From contig MDLE01000007.1 of assembly GCA_001730065.1 (NCBI GenBank), positions 4,435-68,434 of the forward strand: DNA of 64,000 bases, written 5' to 3'. The notes beneath the pieces are model-generated. The model saw nothing but the letters and a program-made list of their open reading frames with translations. It made no database searches and was not told the origin of the DNA. Below are positions 57,166 to 64,000 of this stretch, piece by piece. Origin of the DNA: Rickettsiales bacterium (ex Bugula neritina AB1). Lineage in GTDB: Bacteria > Pseudomonadota > Alphaproteobacteria > CAJXXZ01 > UBA1459. The position numbers were made by a program, and so were the translations under genes. Positions within the stretch are counted from its first letter, which is position 1; each line of letters starts with the position of its first letter.

Positions 57166-57789
57166 ATGACCAGAACAATAACTTCAAAAACTAAATATGA
57201 AAGAACAATTGGTGAGTCTATTTATGGTAAAGGAAACAGTAGTGTTCATAAAAGACCTACAAAACCAGGGCAACATGGAAAAAAAAATGTAAGAAGGAAA
57301 TCAAATTTTTGTTTACAATTAAGAGAAACAAAAAAATTACGTTTATTCTATGGATATTTAACTCATAAATATTTAATAAAAATCTATAAATTAGCTTCTA
57401 AAGAAAGAGGTAATAAAATAGATAACTTGGTTAGCTATCTTGAAGGACGTTTGTCTACATTTGTTTATAGGGCTAAATGGGCAAAAACTATTTATCAAGC
57501 AAAACAATTAGTTTCTCACGGTTGGATAAAAGTAAATGGAAAAAAAGTAGATATTAATTCTTATCTATTAAAACCAAATGATATTATAGAAATAAGTGAT
57601 AAAATTTTAGGTAATCCTCATTTTCAAGAATCAATGAAATATGAACATAGAGGTCTCCCAAATTTTTATGAATATGTCAATGATAATAAAACTGCTTGTA
57701 AATTTTTAGGGATTAAAGCAGCAACATCAGAATTATTTCCTACAGAAATGCGTATGAAACTTATTATTGAATATTTATCAAAATTTTAA
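57166..57789 (+). CDS. rpsD: Ribosomal protein uS4
   Basis: PGQHGKK..., LRETKKLRLFYG, and an S4 RNA-binding domain (LEGRLSTFVYRAKWAKTIYQAKQLVSHGWIKVNGKKV). Confidence 0.92.
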   Translation: MTRTITSKTKYERTIGESIYGKGNSSVHKRPTKPGQHGKKNVRRKSNFCLQLRETKKLRLFYGYLTHKYLIKIYKLASKERGNKIDNLVSYLEGRLSTFVYRAKWAKTIYQAKQLVSHGWIKVNGKKVDINSYLLKPNDIIEISDKILGNPHFQESMKYEHRGLPNFYEYVNDNKTACKFLGIKAATSELFPTEMRMKLIIEYLSKF

Positions 57790-57847
57790 ACAATAGTAAT
57801 AAAATTATAATAGAATTATAATTTTAATTATGATAAAGTATATATAA

Positions 57848-58834
57848 ATGATTGTTAGTAAAAAAAATAAAAACAAAAAATTTATTATCATATGTAGTAA
57901 TAATCAAATAATAAATCGTATACAATATTATCTTAATTATTATTATAAAAATACAATTAATCTATATATCTTAAAAGATAAACAAGATATTTTAAAAAAT
58001 ATTAAAAGCATCAATCCACATATTATTTTACTAGATGGTGAGTTTAATAGTATAAGTTCTTTTGAATTAGTTATTAGAATTAAAAAATTAAAATTAAAAA
58101 ATTATATTATACTATTTTCTTCTTCTCAAGATTTAAAATCTTCTTTTTTAAAAATGGGTATTGCATCTTTTATACCTAAACCTTTTGATTACAAATTAAT
58201 AATAAATAATTGTGAAAAAATTTTAAATTATTCTTTTAAAACTTTAAAAAATATCATTGACCCTGTAAAGTGTTTTTTCTTTTTTGAATACCTACCATTA
58301 TTAAAAAATTTAATAGAATCATTAAAAGTTAAATTAGAAGAAATAGATATTACTAATGTTGATATAAGTATTTTAAATGAAAATAATGAATATGTATTTT
58401 GGAAAAAAAATAATCCTATATGGCATCATACATTTACAAAATTATTTTTTAATGATTTAATATTATCTAATCATTATAATAATAATTATATTAATATGAA
58501 ATCTTCTAAAGATAATTTTTATTTAAATTTTAAAGATACAAAACATAAAGATATTAGACAAGAAACTACTAAAGAAGAAAATGGATATTATTTTTTCTTA
58601 TATGATGATAAATTTAAATGTAAAATAGAATATACAATTATTACTAAATTTAAAGAAAATGCAGATATAAAATGGTGTAAAGATCTTATTCGTATTTTAA
58701 ATATTTATAATCATAGATTAATTGCAATTTTTTCTTTTTTAATTTTAAAGGATAAATTATCCTTTAAGGAAGAAAATATAAAAAATAAATTATATGATAA
58801 TCCTGTAGATTTTTTAATTAAATTTATGAATTAA
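57848..58834 (+). CDS. Atypical receiver (REC)-like domain protein with unknown C-terminal domain
   Basis: REC landmarks are PHIILLDGEF (phospho-Asp position), YIILFSSS (Thr/Ser position) and FIPKPFD (Lys-Pro). The N-terminal acidic pair is replaced (FIIICSNNQ). The 200-aa C-terminal region is not recognised. Confidence 0.5.
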   Translation: MIVSKKNKNKKFIIICSNNQIINRIQYYLNYYYKNTINLYILKDKQDILKNIKSINPHIILLDGEFNSISSFELVIRIKKLKLKNYIILFSSSQDLKSSFLKMGIASFIPKPFDYKLIINNCEKILNYSFKTLKNIIDPVKCFFFFEYLPLLKNLIESLKVKLEEIDITNVDISILNENNEYVFWKKNNPIWHHTFTKLFFNDLILSNHYNNNYINMKSSKDNFYLNFKDTKHKDIRQETTKEENGYYFFLYDDKFKCKIEYTIITKFKENADIKWCKDLIRILNIYNHRLIAIFSFLILKDKLSFKEENIKNKLYDNPVDFLIKFMN

Positions 58835-58840
58835 TTTTTT

Positions 58841-59251
58841 TTATTTATTTGATTCATAAAAAAAATCTTTAAAAGGTTTTGGTAATGTTGTAAATAAATC
58901 TTTATATTTTATTTTGTATTTTTTATAAATATCTTTATAAAAATTTTCCATTAAAAAATTATCTTTTATAAATAAAACTTCTAAATTCTTTAAAGAAAAT
59001 TCATTTATAGATGGAATACCAGAAGGTATTTGAATAGACATTTTATGATTCTTAAGATTTTTTAATAATAATTTACGTTTACTTATAATTTTTCCATTTA
59101 ATAAAATAATTTCTATTATAGAATTATCTTTTGTTTTAAAAAAAAATATATATTTATCATCTATTTTTTCTTCATAAAACATATATCCATATTTTTCTTC
59201 TAAGATACACGTATTAACAAATATCATATAAAAAAAAAATAAAAATACCAA
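58841..59251 (-). CDS. Hypothetical exported protein (136 aa)
   Basis: Hydrophobic N-terminus MVFLFFFYMIFVNTC. It lies immediately downstream of tldD on the same strand. Confidence 0.35.
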   Translation of the reverse strand: MVFLFFFYMIFVNTCILEEKYGYMFYEEKIDDKYIFFFKTKDNSIIEIILLNGKIISKRKLLLKNLKNHKMSIQIPSGIPSINEFSLKNLEVLFIKDNFLMENFYKDIYKKYKIKYKDLFTTLPKPFKDFFYESNK

Positions 59252-59253
59252 GA

Positions 59254-60678
59254 TTATTCTCCACCTACAGTAATACTACTTAATTTAAAATGAGGGCATC
59301 CTACACAAACAGGTACCATCTGATTACTTTTACCACAATTACCACTTCCACCACAAAATTCTAAATCATTTCCAACCGCTTCAATATTATTCATAACATT
59401 CGTGGCAGATCCTAATAACATTGTTTCTTTTAAGGGACTAGTAATTTCTCCATTTTCAATTAAATATGCTTCTCTACACTTAAAAACAAATTTTCCACTT
59501 GTTGTTTCCACTTGTCCACCAGAAAAATCTTTTGCATATATACCATATTTTATACTTTTAAACATATTATTAACACTATCATTTCCATTATCTAAGTAGG
59601 TATTAGTCATACGAGGTATTGGTGAATAATTAAAAGCTTGACGACGACCGTTAGAGGAAGATTCTAGATTAAATTTATTTTTATAGTATTCACTTGTCAT
59701 TTGTTGAGTAAAAATACCTTTTTTTACAAGATGGTTTTTTTTAGATTTATTACCTTCATCATCTACTTGAATAGATCCTCTAAATCCATTAATTGTACCA
59801 TCATCTATTACATTTACTTTACTATTTGCAATAGATTTATGGAACATTTTAGGTGTAAAACAAGAATTATGAGTATTAACTAAATCACTTTCTAGTCCAT
59901 GTCCAACTGCTTCATGAATTAAAACCCCTGGTTCTCCTGGGCCTAAAATAATAGGAAAATTACCACTCGGAGGTGTGATAGCAAAAAATTGTGTATAACA
60001 TTTTTTCCATAATTTATCCACAAATTCTTTCCAATTATTTTTAATATCCTCCCAACCATTTTCATTGCTCATAGATTGATAATAATTTTCTATTTTATTA
60101 TCTTTTTTTAAAGTTAAATTAATTCTTAGTGCATATAATCTTTTATGATTATTTATAAAATCATTTTTATAATTAAATATTTCTCTTTCCGTATCACTAT
60201 AAGATATAACAATATTAACATTTTCTACACAATCTTTAATTTGTATATATTCATTAATTATTTTTAAAAAAGATACATACTCTTTGAGATGTAAATTCTC
60301 TTCATGATTATTTATATATGTTTTACCGTTTATAGGTAAACTATTATAATTATTATTAGAGATATTGAGTTTTTTTGTAAAATCAATAATTTTAGAAAGA
60401 TTTAAGTCTGTAGAAGAAAAAAATTTAAAATAATCCTCTTTTTTTTCTAAACGTCTTATACTAAATCCACCACTATTATTATAATAAGTATTAGTTATAA
60501 TGCCATTTTGAATTTCCATTAAGAATTTTTGAGTTTTTTCTAAAAATAAATCACCAATTGTTCCATAAAAAACAGGAGAAACAAAGTTTTTTAATATATT
60601 TTCATTAAGTTCATGACAGATATTACTATATTTCATTATATTATTAATTTTACAATATACATTAAAAGTTCCAAACAA
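59254..60678 (-). CDS. tldD: TldD-family metalloprotease
   Basis: HEAVGHGLE zinc motif and the conserved C-terminus (GSGNCGKSNQMVPVCVGCPHFKL). Confidence 0.88.
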   Translation of the reverse strand: MFGTFNVYCKINNIMKYSNICHELNENILKNFVSPVFYGTIGDLFLEKTQKFLMEIQNGIITNTYYNNSGGFSIRRLEKKEDYFKFFSSTDLNLSKIIDFTKKLNISNNNYNSLPINGKTYINNHEENLHLKEYVSFLKIINEYIQIKDCVENVNIVISYSDTEREIFNYKNDFINNHKRLYALRINLTLKKDNKIENYYQSMSNENGWEDIKNNWKEFVDKLWKKCYTQFFAITPPSGNFPIILGPGEPGVLIHEAVGHGLESDLVNTHNSCFTPKMFHKSIANSKVNVIDDGTINGFRGSIQVDDEGNKSKKNHLVKKGIFTQQMTSEYYKNKFNLESSSNGRRQAFNYSPIPRMTNTYLDNGNDSVNNMFKSIKYGIYAKDFSGGQVETTSGKFVFKCREAYLIENGEITSPLKETMLLGSATNVMNNIEAVGNDLEFCGGSGNCGKSNQMVPVCVGCPHFKLSSITVGGE

Positions 60679-61399
60679 ATTTCATAAGATTTTTATTATC
60701 TTTCTTAGAAATACTCAACATGTCTGTTACATCCTGTAACATAACTAATAAGTGTTTATCATTAACTTCCTCTTCCATTTCTAAATTAATATGAAAGGAA
60801 TGGTTTTTTTTTATAAATGTAGTATTTATAATATCTTCTTTGTTAGAAAATAAATGAGATTCTTTTAAGAATTGAAATATTTCCTCAAAAATTATTTTCA
60901 CTTGTGTCATAATAGTTTTATTAAGTTTTTGATTATTATGACATTCTTCTAAAATTTTTTGTAATTTATTTTTTTCACTATTTTTTATTGTAGTAATGAT
61001 TGTTTCTTGTATCTCATCACTCCCATTAGGAATGTATTTATTTTCATTATTTTTATTTTTAGAAGAATATTTAAAATTATCTTTTTCCATAAAATTATTA
61101 GAACTATAATGAATATTAACAATTTTTTCATATAATTTTTTATAATCAATAGGTAATAAAATATAATCTATATTTTTTACGGGTTTTGAACTAATCATAA
61201 TAATATGTTTTTTTATATTATTCATATTTTGAATATAATCATCAATTAGAATAATGTCATAATTTTTTAAATTGATATTATCAATATTAGAAGAAAAAAA
61301 TAATTGAACAGCACCATTAATAATTTGTAAAGAAAAACCATCTTCTAAAAGATATATTAATTCTTTATTTTTAATAATACATAGAATTTTTATTGACAT
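60662..61399 (-). CDS. Degenerate receiver (REC)-like domain protein with unknown C-terminal region
   Basis: The KILCIIKNKE / YDIILIDDYI / HIIMISSKP / ILLPIDY layout matches REC beta-strands 1, 3, 4 and 5. The acidic pocket (KN) and the conserved Lys (L) are substituted. The gene is divergent from ctrA. Confidence 0.4.
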   Translation of the reverse strand: MSIKILCIIKNKELIYLLEDGFSLQIINGAVQLFFSSNIDNINLKNYDIILIDDYIQNMNNIKKHIIMISSKPVKNIDYILLPIDYKKLYEKIVNIHYSSNNFMEKDNFKYSSKNKNNENKYIPNGSDEIQETIITTIKNSEKNKLQKILEECHNNQKLNKTIMTQVKIIFEEIFQFLKESHLFSNKEDIINTTFIKKNHSFHINLEMEEEVNDKHLLVMLQDVTDMLSISKKDNKNLMKFVWNF

Positions 61400-61600
61400 A
61401 TTTATTCAATAATAAATAAATTTTCTTAAGAATTTATCAATTTATTATTTAAAAACTATTTATATAATAAAATTATAGTTCTTATTTATGTATATATACG
61501 ATTTTATATAAATAAAATTTTAATTTATCTTTAGTATATGTTAAATATTTAATTCTTAACATTTGTTATGTAATTATTAAAAAAAGTTAGATAATAAGTA

Positions 61601-61628
61601 TTGGAATTACAGGAAAATGTAATTCCAA
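61601..61628 (+). promoter_or_regulatory. Perfect 11-bp inverted repeat in the ctrA leader (candidate operator or 5'-UTR hairpin)
   Basis: TTGGAATTACA (61601-61611), spacer ggaaaa, TGTAATTCCAA (61618-61628). It ends 9 nt before the AAAGGAG Shine-Dalgarno sequence. An extra ATGTAATT half-site lies at 61568-61575. Confidence 0.35.
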
Positions 61629-61652
61629 ATATTGAAAAAAGGAGAAATAAAA

Positions 61653-62384
61653 ATGCTTGTATTACTAATTGAAGATGATGCTAAAATAGCACAAGATATT
61701 GCAGCATTTCTTAGTGCAGAAGGTATTAAATGTAATATTACTAGTCGTGGAGAAGAAGCTTTACAGGTTCTGCGTTTACAAAATCATGATATTATTTTGT
61801 TGGACTTATCTCTTCCTGGTATGACAGGTTTTGCATTGATTGACACTTTAAGAAAATCTAAAGTACGCATTCCTATTATTGTTACTTCTGGTATTACAGA
61901 TACGGATGATAAAATACGTGCTTTAAATCTTGGTGCAGATGATTATGTTACTAAACCTCTTGTTCCTCAAGAATTACTAGCACGTATTAAACGTAATGTA
62001 TTACGTAGTCAAAACCAAACAAATATTGAAATTAATTCAGGTGATTTAAAGATTAATTTAGACACACAACTTGTGACGGTAGGTGGTAATATTATTTGTC
62101 TAACCAACAAAGAATATGCATTACTAGCGGTATTAGCAAGGAAACAAGGTATACTACGTTTAAAAGAACAAATACAATTCGAACTATACTCTAGTCAAGG
62201 TATAAATATTATTGATAAAAAAATTGTAGATGTTTTTGTTTGTAGGGTAAGAAAAAAATTAAAATTATATTCAAAACAAAAATTTATAAAAACTTTTTGG
62301 GGTAGAGGATATGGTCTTTCTACTGACGAAGAAGTAAAATCGAATATAAATAAGGAAAAAATAGCAATTTCTGCTTCCGCATAA
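61653..62384 (+). CDS. ctrA: CtrA-type OmpR-family response regulator
   Basis: MLVLLIEDDAKIAQ...HDIILLDLSLPGMTG...GADDYVTKP aligns closely with Caulobacter CtrA (MRVLLIEDD...DLILLDLNLPDMSG...GADDYMTKP) and is followed by a winged-helix C-terminus. The ATG at 61653 follows AAAGGAG; the track ORF starts at a TTG at 61632. Confidence 0.88.
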   Translation: MLVLLIEDDAKIAQDIAAFLSAEGIKCNITSRGEEALQVLRLQNHDIILLDLSLPGMTGFALIDTLRKSKVRIPIIVTSGITDTDDKIRALNLGADDYVTKPLVPQELLARIKRNVLRSQNQTNIEINSGDLKINLDTQLVTVGGNIICLTNKEYALLAVLARKQGILRLKEQIQFELYSSQGINIIDKKIVDVFVCRVRKKLKLYSKQKFIKTFWGRGYGLSTDEEVKSNINKEKIAISASA

Positions 62385-62444
62385 AAAAATTAACTACTAC
62401 ATACTTACTTTTAATTATTGGGTAGCTATGGTAAAATATTTCTC

Positions 62445-63884
62445 ATGAAATATTTTACTACTCCTATATTTTACGTTAATTCTTTTCCTCATATAGGCAC
62501 TGCCCATAATATGTGTTTAACGGATTTTTTATTTAAAGCCTTTAATTATTTTGGCGATCAAAAATCTTATTTGTTAACGGGTACGGACGAACACGGTCAA
62601 AAAATTTATAATAGTGCAAAAAAAAATAATATACAAGTAATAGATTTTGTAGATAAAAATGTCATATTATTCAAAGACTTGGCAAATATTCTTAATATAA
62701 AATATAACAGATTTATACGTACTACAGATGAAGATCATAAATATAATGTATTAAAAGTATGGAATTTACTTTTAGAAAAAAATTTTCTTTATAAAGATAT
62801 ATATAAAGGTTGGTATTCGGAAAGAGATGAGTGTTATTTTCAAGAAAAGGAAATTTATACAAAAGATAATAAAAAATATTCTATTAGTACTAATGCACCT
62901 TTAGAATTTATAGAAGAAGAATGTTATTTTTTTAAATTATCTTTTTTTAAAGAAAAACTTTTGAATTTCTATAAAGAACATCCTAAATTTGTAATACCTA
63001 ATAACCTTGTCAATGAATTAATTCAATTTACTAATAATATTAAAGATCTTTGTGTTAGTAGAAAAATTGATTGGGGTATTGATATTCCAGGAGAAAATTC
63101 AAAAATATATGTTTGGTTAGATGCTTTATTTAATTATATCACTGCCATTGGTGGTGTTGAGAATTATAATAAAAATTTATGGAACAATGTAGTACATGTA
63201 ATAGGTAAAGATATTATAATCTTTCATGGTGTTTATTGGCCAGCATTATTAATGGCATTAGATATTGAACCTCCTAAAAATTTATTAGTACATGGTTGGT
63301 GGTTAATAGATGAAAATAAAATATCTAAATCTTTAGGAAATATGATTACTCCTAAAGATATTTTATGGGATAATAGCGACTATATGCGTTATTATTTTTG
63401 TAGAGAAGGACTTATTGGTCGTGATAGTAATTTTAGTATGGATAAATTTGTAAATATCATTAATAATGAAGTAATGGACAAATTTTGTAATCTTTTTTAT
63501 CGTGTTTTTTCTATTTTAAAAAAAAATTTTCCTCAACAAAATATCCTTATCCATAAAAACTTACAGGCTCAGAAAGATATTAGTGATTTAAAAGATATTT
63601 TATACGATAACTTAAAAAATTTTTATGTTCATAAATTTATAGAAAAAATAGTAGAATTTGTGGATAGAATAAATAGATTAATCGAAAAAGAAAAAATATG
63701 GGAGAATTTTAATGATCATCTACAAATGTATCTAATTAATGTAATTATAGAAATAATAGATATTTATGAAATAATAATACCCAATCTTGTAGGTGAAATA
63801 AAAAATATGTATAAATTAAATGATAATATATTAATTATTGGTGTTTTGAAACCATTTTTTAAAAAAATTACTGTACAAAAATAA
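62445..63884 (+). CDS. metG: Methionyl-tRNA synthetase, minimal form
   Basis: TTPIFYVNSFPHIGTAHN (HIGH-type motif) and KISKSLGN (KMSKS). The start is probably the ATG at 62445; the track uses a TTG at 62418. Confidence 0.9.
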   Translation: MKYFTTPIFYVNSFPHIGTAHNMCLTDFLFKAFNYFGDQKSYLLTGTDEHGQKIYNSAKKNNIQVIDFVDKNVILFKDLANILNIKYNRFIRTTDEDHKYNVLKVWNLLLEKNFLYKDIYKGWYSERDECYFQEKEIYTKDNKKYSISTNAPLEFIEEECYFFKLSFFKEKLLNFYKEHPKFVIPNNLVNELIQFTNNIKDLCVSRKIDWGIDIPGENSKIYVWLDALFNYITAIGGVENYNKNLWNNVVHVIGKDIIIFHGVYWPALLMALDIEPPKNLLVHGWWLIDENKISKSLGNMITPKDILWDNSDYMRYYFCREGLIGRDSNFSMDKFVNIINNEVMDKFCNLFYRVFSILKKNFPQQNILIHKNLQAQKDISDLKDILYDNLKNFYVHKFIEKIVEFVDRINRLIEKEKIWENFNDHLQMYLINVIIEIIDIYEIIIPNLVGEIKNMYKLNDNILIIGVLKPFFKKITVQK

Positions 63885-63933
63885 TAAAATGATATATTAT
63901 TATATTTATAATATCAAATAAGGAGGGTACTTT

Positions 63934-64000
63934 ATGAATAAAAATTACACCGTATACAGCGCTAATAGAAAAGAGTCTTTAAATAAATATTTAATGGAAG
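63934..64000 (+). CDS. Unidentified CDS, 5' end only (runs off window)
   Basis: A strong Shine-Dalgarno sequence AAGGAGGG lies 6 nt upstream of the ATG. MNKNYTVYSANRKESLNKYLME... remains open to the window end. Confidence 0.4.
   Translation, partial: MNKNYTVYSANRKESLNKYLME

Noticed and set aside
4762-59883. Twenty-five short ORFs in the supplied track overlap longer genes. Most are antisense and two are same-strand in another frame. They are 4762-4986, 11560-11754, 11951-12145, 13113-13313, 15560-15757, 20531-20737, 21506-21784, 26915-27211, 28814-29041, 31069-31290, 33106-33555, 33185-33406, 33566-33760, 34317-34550, 35953-36183, 36603-36845, 39658-39885, 46929-47243, 47868-48122, 52443-52700, 55365-55592, 56261-56482, 56671-56904, 59402-59599 and 59701-59883.
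   Set aside because: Almost all lie within a longer gene, usually one with clear conserved motifs, on the other strand or in another frame. They encode low-complexity F/I/L/S-rich peptides typical of alternative-frame translation of AT-rich coding DNA, and none shows a recognisable motif.
61480-61560. TTAA-rich sequence upstream of ctrA, checked for CtrA boxes (TTAA-N7-TTAAC).
   Set aside because: The spacings found are N3 and N11, and the one N7 candidate reads TTAA-N7-TTAG. In DNA of about 20% GC such near-matches are expected by chance.

Overview
By eye the window is about 20% G+C and very gene-dense, and it looks like part of a strongly reduced alphaproteobacterial, Rickettsiales-like endosymbiont genome. 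Support for that placement: a CtrA-type response regulator, a circularly permuted (two-piece) tmRNA gene, scattered gene-transfer-agent (GTA)/HK97-type terminase, portal and prohead-protease genes, a cysteine-free L36, tuf joined to the S10 operon without fusA, and a single 2809-aa fused rpoB-rpoC ORF. UGA is used as a stop (rplP, the portal gene, and the ORF upstream of infC), so the standard bacterial code applies. Most of the content is housekeeping. It includes a 21-gene tuf-S10-spc ribosomal block (29.9-40.6 kb, minus strand), rplJ-rplL-rpoBC, aminoacyl-tRNA synthetases (thrS, gltX, pheT, metG) and dispersed peptidoglycan genes (murF, murG, murE, mraY, pgeF). It also carries nrdB, ligA, prfB, infC, era, ftsY, tilS, radC, tldD, one ABC exporter, two tRNAs and the tmRNA. 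I found no rRNA, CRISPR array, IS element, intact prophage or recognisable defence/toxin system. The most interesting observations follow. (1) A tandem pair of dUTPase paralogues has reciprocally degenerated catalytic motifs: motif 3 only in the first, motifs 1, 2, 4 and 5 only in the second, the same order as in monomeric herpesvirus dUTPases. (2) The permuted tmRNA has a 5-nt intervening segment. (3) GTA genes are retained and wedged against ribosomal operons. (4) EF-Tu is unusually divergent. (5) Degenerate receiver-domain proteins cluster next to ctrA, which has an 11-bp perfect palindrome in its leader. (6) Several large N/K/I-rich orphan proteins carry signal-like N-termini and in-frame tandem repeats. 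All functional calls rest on motif recognition by eye. No database search was run.
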